This document shows, in pieces, positions 46,310 to 59,220 of a stretch of 64,000 nucleotides of DNA. The notes beneath the pieces were generated by a model. That model was not told where the DNA came from. It was given only the letters and a program-made list of their open reading frames with translations, and searched no databases. The stretch is from Catajapyx aquilonaris. Taxonomy: Eukaryota. The stretch is taken from NCBI GenBank assembly GCA_000934665.2, contig KZ538443.1:1-64000 (forward strand). The letters are read 5' to 3'. The position numbers and the translations under genes are program-made. How positions within the stretch are numbered: the first letter of the stretch is position 1; every line of letters begins with the position of its first letter.

Positions 46310-47150
46310 TTACCAAACATAATTTGTGTCTGTACTGAGAATGTTTACTATGGAGATGATTAATGTTAGAAAGGTCCAGTGAAGTGAGTTTATTGGAGCG
46401 CTGGTAATTGTTTCCGTATCAATACATGCATATACAAGGAAGGCTGAACCCCAGGTCAGACTCCTACCAAGGTACTTATTGGCACAATCCAAGTCTAAAA
46501 TGTAGGGGCCATAGACACACAGGAGGCATCCACCAATACAGCTGTAGATAAGCGTATTAACCGGTGCGCCTGTGGTGATTTCCCAGGAGCAGGAAGTACG
46601 AATGATATTGGATGAAAAATAGAGTTTTTCAAGGTTGCCGCCTTTAGAGTAATTAATATCATGCTGATATCCTGCTAATAAGACAACCATTGTATATCAT
46701 AAGTTCATTTGCCTGCTGATGACTGCATTGGTGGTTGCTACCTGCGTTGAGGGGTAGGACAGGGACAGGTCGAGTGTTTATTGTCAACGAAATCATTAAT
46801 GGTTGTGTTTTTGACATTTCTCACCCCTACACTTTTGACTTGCATTGGGCTTAGGAGTACCCTGGCAAGAGAGTAACCCAATATGCAGTAATATTTTAAC
46901 ATCTGCTTCGCGTATTTGCACTGGAGCAGTCATTCTACTAGTTTTCCCATGAACTCATTGGAACCTTGCAAGATGACTTGTCCCTGCCAGTTCGGCAGAT
47001 ATAATACCTTTAACGAAACATGAGTTTATGATGATGTGAGAATGAGGTATGGTCTGCTACATACCAGTTTCTCAACAGGAGTGTCTAGTTTCCCTAGTGA
47101 GTGGGTGTGTGGCTGGTTTGAGGGAAGGAAACTTCGTGTACCCCTGTTGT
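46310..47150 (-). pseudogene. Possible degraded reverse transcriptase remnant
   Basis: Scattered VVLLA, KYLG and QGTP..P-like words; heavily decayed. Confidence 0.3.
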
Positions 47151-47483
47151 TTCTAGGTCTCAAGTTGTTCTTCACATAGGTCTTTGGCACCTGTCAGATT
47201 AGTCTTATGTCCACCTAAGTGAGAAGTTAGCATTTGCAATATGTTTTGTGTACTATTATTACTTCCTCAACATTTACCTTTCATAACTCCCATATTTTGA
47301 ATTTGAATGGTTATTGTGATCCAGATTTACTCTTATTATGCCATAACCCTGTTCATAGGTTTTCCAAAAAAAAATGTGCGAAGAGAAAGTTCATTATAGG
47401 AATCCCCTTGACTGGTTGAAAACTAATTTATTTTATATTTCAGGTGACGTCCTGCTCAGTTGGGGTCTCCTATTCAACTGAAG

Positions 47484-50400
47484 ATGAGCCTTGTTCGAGT
47501 CATTAATGATGATGGCCAGTTCCATACAGAACTTGCGGTTGCTGGCTCGAAACTTGTGGTTGTTGACTTCACAGCTAGTTGGTTAGTATTGTTTCAGTTG
47601 AAACTTTCGAGAAAATACTGTAGAAGCATTGCTATGGGATAGTTTCAAGCACTCCACCACAGTACAGGATAATTTTAAGTGTTTAAAAAAAATATAAAGT
47701 AATAAAGCAATATCCCTTAATGATGGTTATCTCTACACCAATGGTCACATCTGAGAGTGCCCCCTCAATGGGACATGTGTAATTTATTGGGAAAAATTGA
47801 AGAGGCTAGAAAGAGGGAATGAAATACTTAAGCACCAATCCTGTTCTTTTTGTGGCCCCCTCAGAGATGCATAGGCAGCATTCCACACTTTCTAGGTGGC
47901 TCATATTTCATTCTCTGTCCTGAGAATTCCACTTGAGCTATGCAGATGACAATTTTGTGTAAAATTAAAAGGTCTGGTTGCGTGAATTGGTATTCTGTTC
48001 ATGTAGTATTGATGGTGATTTTATACCATACACATTGTTTATTCATGTATTTGTTTAGGTGCGGTCCTTGCCAACGGATAGCTCCAATATTTGAAGAGCT
48101 GTCGATCAGATATGTAACAGCAGTCTTTTTGAAGGTAGATGTAGACAAGTGCTCAGATACTGCGTCCTCTCAAGGTGTCAGTGCTATGCCTACATTCATC
48201 TTTTACAAAAACAAGGTAAGCCATCATCTAACATAAATTTATTAGCTAAGGTGTGTTCTACTTGTGCATAAAGTGTCATTTCATGCATGGTGACCCAGCC
48301 CCCCACAACTCGCTCTCTTTTCCCATGCACTTAGCTGGTCCACTAACCCTGGATGTAGAGTCTGAATACCCGGATGTGAAGGCCCAAATGCGTTTTGATA
48401 CAGGGCGACGACTTATGAACTGTTCTGAACCTACCTATATTGTGAACTCACAATCAGCTCCTGTCCAACCATCCATCAGCCACCAATTGGAACTGTCCAA
48501 ATCGCATTCGGGTGGCTGATGGTTGGATCTGCAAACAGGAGCTGATTTGGAGTTACCTATATAGGTAGGCTCAGAACAGTTCATAAGTCATCGGCTCGAA
48601 TTTGTTTTTATACAGGGCTCAACATCCGGGGATAGCGGACCAGCTAAGAGCACGGCCTTCCCCGTATGGCTAGATAGGAATTTGCGGGGGGCTGTGGTGA
48701 CCCAGTGAAACTTAGTCATTGGACAAATCTAGTAGAACCTAAATACGTAACAGTATGTAGCATCTAGGCAATGGTGGTTAACTTGGCATCCTAAATGAGT
48801 GATGGGGTAGATTCCACATGCTACACTGATTTAATACATTATCTTGCCTGCCCCTTCCCCAGCAGGGAGGGAGTCCTTCATCATCTTCTGCCCTAGCCAC
48901 CTCAACTAGGTGCACTTTTCTACACACATGCAGAGCTTAGGCAGGCTTTGGGCATTATACAGGATGTATCTGAACTCAGTGCCCCGACGTATATGACTGC
49001 CTTCCTAGCCACCAGAGGATCGATTTAAGTATAGGAGTCATATGTCTGGGCAGCCTCATTACTGAGATACACTCTTTAGCGATTTTTGCCTAATCGCTCC
49101 TTCTGACTTGTAAATAGAATTTTCTGGTGTAACTAGCCAAAGAGGCCTTACCACCTGTGGGCAACAAACCAACAAAGTCCCGCCCCCAGACCTTCCAGAG
49201 CCTTCTGACTGGGGGAGGGTTCGATGGGTGGCCTAACCGACAGGATATTTTGTACTACATGTTTGCGGCCAATTATCTCCGTAATGAGGCTGCCCAGACA
49301 TATGACTCCTATACTTAAATCGATCCTCTGGTGGCTAGGAAGGCAGTCATATACGTCGGGGCACTGAGTTCAGATACACCCTGTAGATCGGTCAACATAA
49401 GAACGCAACAGAGTGTGCATCACCTTGGCGCACAGGATCCAATACTGGAATCAGAAGTGATCTGTATGGCCATTCCAGTGTCAGAAATAAGTGTAACCTA
49501 CAACAGATCATATCGTGCTTACGCACAGATCACTTATCATTCCAGGATTGCCTCCTGTGCGCCACACTGGGTTGCGTTCTTATGTTGACCGATGTATAGT
49601 GCGCTAGCTTGATGTTAATAACCAGTACTGCAAACATCATGTCAGGGTCACAATGTTGTTGGGAGCACTCTGGAAGGGGCACGACAATTTCTAAATGCCA
49701 TAAGCCACATGAATAACAAGAGCTGTGACCTTTATTTTCAGGCTAAGATTGATCGGATTCAGGGGGCTGATGCACAAGCTCTGGAAGCGAAGCTTATGGA
49801 GCATGCTAAATCTGACATAGATTCAGGTGCTGACAGCTTTCAGGGGCATGTAAGTATATCATAATGAACTTCATTTTACATTAACCCTTAACTACGTAGG
49901 TGGAGCCTGAGAGGCTCCAAGCACTATTTAAACGCATGTAACTTTTTCATTGAATTTTATTTTCCCCTGTCCTTCCGTGACTTTGTCAGAAAAATCTTCC
50001 TAAACATGTAAAGGAAAGAAAAACATTTTGGCTCCCTATTCTTTGGTTTAAAAAAATTCGTAATGAGGAACAGGTCCCTCCTGGAACCGCTCAGGCTCTA
50101 TATCTCAGGTGAAGCCAGAGCGGCTCAAACACATGATGTAACCTTTTAATTAAGAATTTTTCCCTGTCGGAATATGCTGACTCAGGGTGTGATTTTTACG
50201 TTATCGGAAGCCTAATGATCTGAACTGCACTTTCTGTATGTGAAAAGTCCTATATAACAATTTAGTTGATAAGCAGAAATTAAAATATACCGTTGGAGCC
50301 TCTCAGGCTCCACCTACGTAGTTAAAGGTGTTTCGCCCACCTACGTAGTTAAGGGTTAACTCAGGCTTTCTGCAGTAATGTCCAGGAGCATAATCATATG

Positions 50401-53094
50401 CCAGTGCAGTGTGGTGCACATATTACTCTTGATTTGGACTGTGACCTTGTCATCATTTCAAAGGATAGCAAGGATTTTTCTTACCAACTGTGAAAAGAAT
50501 ACCTGCCAGGGTTGAGATGTCTCAATGTCTCAATAATTTTTATTGTAATGGCTCTGTCAGACAGGCTTTGTGCTAGTTGGGTTAGCCACGTTCACTGCGG
50601 TGGCCTGGTCACACAGGCCAGCTTTGTGCTTCATTGAGTCCTGAGGGCTTGTCTGGGCGCAGAAATTGGGGGAATTTGGGGGCAGCACAGCGAGACCCGA
50701 GCCTTTCGCTACGTCAGTCGTGATTGGTCAAAACCTCTTGTCCTCTTCCCTACCACCCGACCACCCCTTCCACCATAACCCCCTTGCCTTTCCTCTCCCC
50801 AGCTGGGCCTTGCCTGTTCTTTTTCTTGTCATGTGAGGACCATGTGGTGTAGGAAGGAATGTACTTTGCTGTTCTATTTCTACATTCCCTTTATTTACAC
50901 CCTGCGCCCAAGTCAGAGCACGTGGGACAAGTTTTGGGTGCAACTGGCGCAGTGAACTTGGGTAGTGCAACGGCTGTCTGACAGAGCCATAAGTTGTTCG
51001 TAATATTAGGTGAAAAAGTGAAGCTCAGTTTCTCTTTAAGTTTTCTGAATTGCGAAAATAAAAACTTGAACCCTGTGAATTTGCAATTATTTCTTAAAAT
51101 GTTCTTGAAATGGGCACAAAGTGCTAGGAATTTTCTGGAATCTATAGTATTAAAATCCTATTCAAGATTTTGTATAAGCCCTCTGATTGGTCCACCTCAT
51201 GTTGTTGCCACAACACTTCCTATTGGCCAACGTTCTGCAGATGCGCAGTGGGTGGAGGCAGCCCCTCTGGTGGGTGGGAGGAGAAACTGTTCATTCCATT
51301 GCTGCCTGCCAGTGACTTTACTTTGCTCCCTGCCCATCCCCACACCCCATCCCTCACTTTCCCCCCTGTCCCCCCCCCCCTCTTGTCCCCTCCCCCCGCT
51401 CGCATCATTGCTGGCTAAGTCCAAAGCGATTAACAATATGGCCTCCATCCCAGGTCGCAGGCCTAGAAAAATGCGGGCGAACCGAGGGTTTTTCTAGTTT
51501 ATATTTTAACTTTCATGGAAATGATGGATGATGCCAGTTTTTTACATACTGGTGCATTACGTAGAGTTCACTGAAAGTAATATTTAATAAAATCAATACT
51601 GATTGCGAAATATGGCAACACTTCAAATGGGGGATTACATTTGTATGAAATGAATGTGAACATGCCAATTTCATTAATGTTCAGCACTTGTGAACAATAT
51701 GTGGGTTAAAATGGAATATGTTAAAATGAGACATGTCAGATGTGAGATGCATTGAAATTTTATCAGGGGCCAATACATGTTGGTTGTGCAGTACATGTAT
51801 ATTTTCACATATGTACACTATTCGGTTAGTGGAGATAAGAAGGATGAAAATTAAGGAATTACCTCTCGGGGGTTGTTCGTTTCAGATGGACCTTACTTCT
51901 GTCATCAACAAGTCACAGAGTGAGTGCTTAAATGACTGTAACACACATTCATTCATCAATTGCCTGAGTGATGATGAGTCATACTTGGAATCAGACTGTG
52001 ATGAGCAGGTGAGCTTTTAGTGTGTTGTGCCTCACAACTTATTTGTGGAATTTTTGAGATTTTTGAAAACCATGAAAGTGGTACACATTTTATAGATTCA
52101 ACTAGAGAATGGTACTGAAGTCATATGCCAAAAATTACTTTCAACAATGTCAACAAAGAAATTAAGAATGAAAGACACAAGATGTCAGTACCATTCTCTG
52201 GTTTAATCCATAATATACCTTTCAGCATGTTGACCAAGTGTTATAGTTGCTAATCTCACCAATTGTGGGAAACGGTATTACTGTATCAGTGTTGCATTAT
52301 AAGTACTTCAAGTGTGTTTACACTAAGTGGCCAACTACATCAGAAATGCCCATTCAAAATGGCCTTTTAATTGTGGTTGAGTCATAGTGTCAGATGTACT
52401 CTTTTGTATTATATTAGCCCTGGAACAAGGTTGCACGACATGGGTCGGAATGAGCTCTTCCTGGGAGGTCTGCTCGCACTGTTTACTTTTGTAACAGGTG
52501 CCACCTTGCTGCTGCATGCACGTTGAGCCACCCTAGGGTCATTATGAATGCTCTTAGTTTTTCAAGACATGGTTGGGATTGCATGAAATTTGACCATGTC
52601 AGAAACAGACCATGTTGAACCTTGTCTTAAGAGCACCCTCACTAATACATATCTTAATACTTTCAGCTGATTTTGTCACTCAGCTTCAATCAAGCTGTGA
52701 AGCTGCACTCACTGAAGGTGGTAGCCCCTCCAGACAAGGGTCCTAAAACTATAAAGCTGTTCATAAATCAGCCTCGCACCTTAGACTTTGACATGGCAGA
52801 TCACATTAATCCTGTGCAGGAAGTTGAGTAAGTAGACCACAAATCTTATCTTCAGCAATGATGCAAATCAAGTTGTATTACAGGCTGAACTCCAAGGAAC
52901 TGGATGGGGAGCAAGTATTGCTACGCTATGTCAAGTTCCAGAACGTCCAGAATGTTCAGCTGTTCATAAAGGACAATCAGTCAGGCAATGATGTGACACG
53001 GATTGATCAGTTAATGCTGATTGGTTCCCCTATCAACACCACCAACATGAGTGACTTTAAGAGGGTCACAGGCAAGAAAGGAGAGGCTCATTAG
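47484..53094 (+). CDS. TXNL1: Thioredoxin-like protein 1 (thioredoxin + PITH domain), 6 coding exons, about 285 aa
   Basis: Exons 47484-47581, 48059-48215, 49742-49849, 51886-52008, 52667-52827, 52884-53094 splice in frame (858 nt). [10 protein letters not shown]...[13 protein letters not shown] active site split by intron 1; [40 protein letters not shown]-terminal [12 protein letters not shown]. Confidence 0.96.
48296..48694. mobile_element. hAT-type palindromic MITE in a TXNL1 intron
   Basis: CAGCCCCCC ends; perfect 8-bp TSD TGGTGACC. Confidence 0.85.
48960..49383. mobile_element. Tc1/mariner MITE with TIRs of about 100 bp, abutting a second MITE (49386-49594)
   Basis: TA-CAGG(A/G)TGTATCTGAACTCAGTGCCCCG; second element ATCGGTCAACATAAGAACGC inverted. 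Confidence 0.85.
49885..50355. mobile_element. piggyBac-like MITE P1, copy 3 (reverse orientation)
   Basis: TTAA TSD; same TIRs as 6835-7362. Confidence 0.9.
50549..50989. mobile_element. PIF/Harbinger-like MITE
   Basis: TAA TSD; TIR TGGCTCTGTCAGACAG. Confidence 0.8.
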
Positions 53095-53111
53095 GTGGGT
53101 GTCATCTATTG

Positions 53112-53479
53112 CAGTGCTTCCCAATCTTCTTTATTAGCAACCCCAGAAAACCGTGTAGTAAAATTCACGACTCCTAATTTCCAATTCAATCCCTTCCATG
53201 TTTTCTGCACTACTGTACTGTATCTCTCCTCTCTCATCACCCTCCCAGATGTACATATTGTCATTCCCTAACATGAAATGATGGGTAAATAGTGTTAGTC
53301 AATGAAAATCATTGATAACTTGTCGAATATCTGAATTGTTCTGAAACTTACCTTATGGGAATAATTTTCAAGAGTGACAGAATCATTTTGTGAAAATAAT
53401 TTGTTAACCTCCCTCATTAGCGCAAATATTAAGTTCGCAACCCCATTTGGGGTCATGACCCACAGTTTGAGAAGCACTG
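53112..53479. mobile_element. hAT MITE immediately 3' of the TXNL1 stop
   Basis: CAGTGCTTC(C/T)CAA TIRs; a partial relative lies near 39996-40090. Confidence 0.75.
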
Positions 53480-54264
53480 GTCTCTAGTATACCGTATATG
53501 AATTAGTAGATACCATTTGAAAAGTACTACGGTGCAGCATAAAAAAGATACTGCTGCAAGGGCTAAAATCATGGCAGATGGTTTGATTTTAATGATAATT
53601 TTTTGAAAAAGGTTTCATATGAGAAACATGCACTCATTCTCTGTAGACTTTCTGGTAGTACCTGCTAGTCTCCAGTAATATTCTATGCCAAAGCAGACCA
53701 CCTGGAAGGCTTCAGAATCTCAAAATTAGGTTTACAGTGACTGGTACAGTTCATACAGAACTGTACCAGTCACCAAAACAAGGTGTTCCAAGGAGGAGGA
53801 GGAAACACTGCAGAAAGTATCTGTTCCAAGATAGAATTTACTTTGTATGGCAATAATTTTAAGAGAAAGGGCCGAATTCAGAGAGGTTGGTTAATGTAAA
53901 TGAGCAGCACAGTTAAAGCCTACGTTGTACAGTACCCTGCCGGTGTAGCATGAGAGCGCCTTTTTCAGTGCAACCCGCAAGGCTAAAAACCTGTTCAACC
54001 AGGTTCAACCCACTGAATCTGCCTGTCCGCGCCGGTCAATTCGAATACGGAAAGGATGTGACGTCACGCCGTACTGCCATAATAAATAAATTGATTACTG
54101 CCGTATTTCTAATTGTTTTATAAAACCGACCGGGGTTGTCGCCACCTATGATTTTTCCCCACCCCCTCGCGCGCGCTTGACCCGTATAATTTTGCAGATA
54201 TGGTTGAAATTGGAGAAGGTAATGGCAAAGGGTGACCCAATTGAGATGGATTGCCTCATATATA

Positions 54265-55362
54265 CAGGGGGTTTCTAAGAGTTATGTCATGCAGCCAGCA
54301 GCACATTAATTTGCCCAAAAAAGTCGAAATTTTAGTGGAGGAGAACTGTTGAGGGACCAACTGGTAATGAGGTAAGCGACCAGACACATTGGCTTGCCCC
54401 TAGACTCTTGCAGCAGCACATGCTCACATTTTTGTAGAGAGATTGCCTGCCAGATGGAATTGTGTACTGACAGTGGTTTCCTCGTGAGCAGGTTATGAGC
54501 TTGATAATAATCATAGTGCAAAGAGGCGACCTTGCAAATCCCATGGGTAAAGACTATGACACTCATGTCCTGCTCCCTAGGCAACCACTGTCAGTACACA
54601 ATTTTATCTGACAGGCAATTTCCCTACAAAAAGGTGTCATGTGTTGCAGCATGTGTCCAGGGGCTGGCCAATGTGTCTGGTTTTCTACCTCCTGACAAGA
54701 TGATCTCTAGACACTTCTCACCCCTACCATATTACTTCTCATATTGCGGCACGCCGGTATAAAACGAGGTCGACCAGCATGCCGGTATAACCCGGGGGTG
54801 GCCGGCATGAGGCAATAACCGAGGTAGATTTCCGTAATTTTGATCCTTGCCAAATTTCTTGGAATGCTTCTGGTACCATACTAAAATAATGTTACAATGA
54901 AAATGGGCGAGTGTACAGGCTATGAGAATATGTCAGTTCTGTTGCACAGTGCATTTAAAAAATGTAGAGTGTGTGACCAATCCCATCGTCTGCCTGCTTT
55001 GACAGGGGAACCCCCTGCTCTAACATACGGTTTAAAGAGAGATTATTGCCAAATACTGCGATTGAAAACAATATATGGTATGGGTACCCTATTTGGAAAA
55101 TGTGTCCTTTCGATAGCCTTTATGTGAATTTCGGTTTTCAGGCACATGTCAAGTTCAGAAAGGATAATGTAACTTATGTGAAAACCTTGCCTTATACCAG
55201 CATACCTCGCCCTATACCACCAGATGGTGCATTTCTAAAAACTGGTCGACCTCGCCTACACCGGCATGCCGCAATATGAGAGGTAATACAGTACATGGTT
55301 TACTTGTTTTGGGCCAACGATTACTCTGCCTGCCAGATGACATACTAGCTAAAGCCACCCTG
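54265..55362. mobile_element. Degenerate Tc1-type element with nested IR element 54730-55288
   Basis: TA-CAGGG ends; inner TATTAC.TCTCATATTGCGGCA inverted pair. Confidence 0.6.
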
Positions 55363-55995
55363 TATGTATCAGAGTTTGCATACGAAATTACTTAATAGCA
55401 CACACAAGCAGAAAGAAAAGAAAATTGTGGCCTTCACCATGAAACTGCCTTGTTTAGTGACTTGTGAAATGATTTGTTAAAAACAGAAAACATTTGAGTG
55501 CATTATTCATTGCAGTGGGTTTTTCAGAGCACATCATGGATGAAGGGAGGACCAGCTGGAGGAAGTAGCATGGTCCATTGCACACATGGAATTATAAGCC
55601 AGTGATAAAAAATCTCAGACCAGCATCATGGACGTTGGAACTACAGTATGAGAAGGCCAAGGGACAAAATCCATTGTACAAGAAATTGCTGATGTGGAAA
55701 ACATCTGTGGAGAATAAATCTGTTATCCCTATCTTTGTCACATTATGTAAAAAGGAAACAATAATAAGGCAAACAAGTGTCAAAATCTCATGAAAAGATA
55801 TTGACATCTATTCTAATTCCTAGTGCTAATGCTCTGACATATTTGGTCTGACTTGAACTTTTTAGTGGACCTGTTGAAACCCTTGGCTAGACTGTAATGC
55901 TTTGAAATATTACTTGTGTTCTGGCACTTTTTTTGGACCGTTATAAGCAGATCAGCGATACCTTCTGCATCTTCCATGTTGTTCCAATCTATGTA

Positions 55996-56163
55996 TGAGG
56001 GTTGAGTCAAAAGTCATGGCGCATATTTTTTCATTCAAAAACGGTAACATATACAGAGATGACTTAAACACTTTTGATAATGTATTTAAAATTGTATGAA
56101 AAATTGTATGTTGGTGTATGGAAGTCTGATATGTCCCTCCCTGTGTTTGGAGGCAGGGAGGAA

Positions 56164-56220
<57 letters not shown>

Positions 56221-56905
56221 TACAGAGATGACCTTTGCTGAGTTTTCAAGATCCGGCGATTACAATTTTATCTGGCATATAGAAGTCGCCCATATTGCGG
56301 GGAGGGGGGGGGGGGGGGAAACAAAGGGGGAATGTGACCCCCCCACCACACACCAGAAATCGCCCTAAGATGGCCCGAGCCTGACGCGCTTGGAGCTGTT
56401 GGACGTGGCATGCTGGACACTCGGAGATGGACAACACGGGAGCTTGATTTCTACTGTGGGACAAGTCAGAGCACTATGCTTAGGACTCTGAAAGACTGAA
56501 AGGTCTCAGGAAGTTGTCATCCTCACTGGTTCCTCCCCATCTCTCTGAGGTGCAAAAGTGCTGCCATTTTGCCATCGCATGGACCTCTATCGCATTGAAG
56601 GCGATGGTTTTTTAAAACTGTCTGTGGCGATGGGCGACACATGGCTACGGGCACAGTGGTCTGACTTGTCCCACACTCGAAATCAAGCTCCCGTGAGCAT
56701 CAGGCTCGGGCCGTCTTAGGGCAATGGTGTGGTGGGGGGGTCACATTCCCCCTTTGTTTCCCAACCCCCTCACAATATGGGCATCATCTATATGCCAGAT
56801 AAAATTGTAATGGCCGGATCTTCAAAACTCAGCAAAGGTCATCTCTGTATGTGTTACCATTTTTGAATTAAAAAATATGCGCCATGACTTTTGAATCAGC
56901 CCTCA
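55996..56905. mobile_element. mariner-type foldback element with a LINE 3'-end insert (56064-56219)
   Basis: TA-TGAGGG(T/C)TGA ends, long arms; insert has 13-bp TSD ATACAGAGATGAC and a (TAAA)/(TAA)n tail. Confidence 0.85.
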
Positions 56906-57261
56906 TAAGAAGAAAAAAGTGTAACCTCATTATAATTTCTGATCTGCAAGGTTATTGAAACCACCTATGAGATAGGGAATGTACGTATTTGTGAAAGTTG
57001 TTGAATGATGTCAAAAGGAAAGTAAAGCACATGTGGGTTTGGGATAAGTATTGCAGCATTAATTCAATTACACCAAGTACATTATTTTAAGGACTTGAAG
57101 AGGACCCCATGTATGAGACATTTTGTAACCTGTGCTGCTATTATTCTGCATGCACTTCTGTCATTCCTGGTAAGATTTGTACCACAAAATGTAAATGGTG
57201 TGTAATGTATTTGGTACCATGTATTCAGCCTTAGATTAGTACTGATGTCACAATCTTTTAA

Positions 57262-57543
57262 CCCTGGAACCGTGCCGTGCCTACGAGTATTACAACAACC
57301 GTGCCGTGGGGTCTTTTCGGACCGCAACATATTTTAATTTTTATTAATTATTATATGATACTTTTCAATGTATTGACTATATACAATCATTCTTTGAACA
57401 ATGCCTAAAAGGATCTCTAATTCAAAATAAACCTGCACTTCCTGTTATATACGGTAAAAAAATGGCAAAAGTTCATTGTAATTATCATTTTAATGCATTT
57501 TTCTCCTTGGGGTCCAAAAAGACCCCACGGCACGGTTCCAGGG
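57262..57543. mobile_element. piggyBac-like MITE P2
   Basis: TTAA-CCCTGGAACCGTGCCGTG TIRs. Confidence 0.9.
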
Positions 57544-58202
57544 TTAATAACGGTTTATTATGTGGTTGACAGGTCATTGTTTCCCATCGTGACATCAGGA
57601 CTACTTTAAAACTGATTACATTGTACATGGAGCCATCCATGAGCAGATAGTACTAAATAGTCGCATTACACATCTGCAGATCTGCTGTCCCAAGGAAAAG
57701 GCCCTATCTTCAAAATTCTTGGCCCAAGGAGCCCAGGGCCTGTACATGACTTACAGTATGTCCTAGCCTGTTTTGCAGATGGGGCTTTTTTCCTTGGGCA
57801 GCAGAAATATCCCCTGTGCAGCCTAACAAACAGGCTAACAAGTCGGCTCCACCCACTGCATCTTCATGCCACCTGTGCCATCTCCTACCCCTGATGCTAA
57901 TAGTAATAGGATGTTGCCAAGAAGATGAATTGTGCCATGCATTTGACGCAAAGGTACTTTGACACCTGTGAAAAACATGTTAACCTAGATTCTTTGCAGG
58001 TGTCTTATTGCGCTAAGACATTATCATAGGTAGATGTGGCATGAAGATAAGGCTACAATAATGAATAGGGATATCTCACAAAAAGTGTCTTGAATTTTAA
58101 TTAAAAACCTAGAAATCAATTTTTTGCTCATTATACTAACCCCCTCCCGTCATAACTTCACGATAGTTAATTTTGGTCCCGACGCTGGGCGAACGAGTTT
58201 AA

Positions 58203-58356
58203 AGGTGCCTTTACATGTAAGCGATTTGACGGGCGAAGTCTTCGCCGAGGCTGAGTAACCCAAGTAACCAATATTGTTTGAGGCGAAAATATATTGTTAA
58301 TTTCAGCCTCGGCGAAGATTTCGCTCGTCAAATCGCTCACATGTATAAACGCACCT
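58203..58356. mobile_element. PIF/Harbinger-like MITE (uninterrupted relative of 16790-17405)
   Basis: TAA TSD; AGGTGC(C/G)TTTA TIR. Confidence 0.85.
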
Positions 58357-58659
58357 TAAAATAAGCGCCACTTTTAAGCAGCGTCCAAAAATGCCGAACT
58401 TTTAATTTTGCTTTACAAATTATATAAATGCTACTAATAAAACTATAATATTACCCACGATGTATAAATAAACTTATTGATAATATTATTTTCTAACGTC
58501 CAGTAGACAGTAGCAATGATCTAGATGCTATTACTATTAGTTCCTAGCGGTTCCTCGTGAGCAATTGCTATTGATCTATTTCGCTTATGTATCTACATGT
58601 TTGCCTCTTGCCCCTGTGACCAATACACATATGCATGAAAAACATTCAAATGTAAGTCT

Positions 58660-59220
58660 GACTTACTCACAGGACTAATCCCATGACCTGTTTTGAATCA
58701 TTTTCATGATGCACACTCGCGCACACTCCCCTCGGAAGTAGCAGCTACCCAACATGTTCTAATCAGCTTGCACTGTACAGTTTAGATCCCATTTTCCCGA
58801 CGATTGTTTCGCGTCCCGGCATGCGACAGTTCCGGATCGCTTCGTGTCGGAGACGAAGCAGGTACTTATTTTGTGATCGCATTTTCACGATGCGACTGAC
58901 ATTCAGAACATACTCAGAATGCATATGCATCAGCGGAAGTCATGTGAGATGATGCGGTGGCGATACCAATATTTTTTTTGTATAAATTGGAATGCTCCCT
59001 TTTATTGATGACTAGTGGCACTAGTGGAGTGGGCTGCGACCTTGACGTGATGACCACGTGACCTTGCCGTTCGAAAATGTGCAGATAATTGAAGAATTCC
59101 CACGTAACGCGATTTACTGGCATGAAACTCGTAAGGAACACATAAGGCGATTGGCAGATAAGCTACGGTGTGAAGGGGCTAAAGTAGTTGGCTTCTGACA
59201 CCACGCCCACATTTGATCAA
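58660..59220. promoter_or_regulatory. CpG-rich candidate promoter region
   Basis: High CpG density; minus-strand donor GTGAGTAAGT at 58670 and plus-strand CAG|GTACTT near 58862. Confidence 0.3.
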
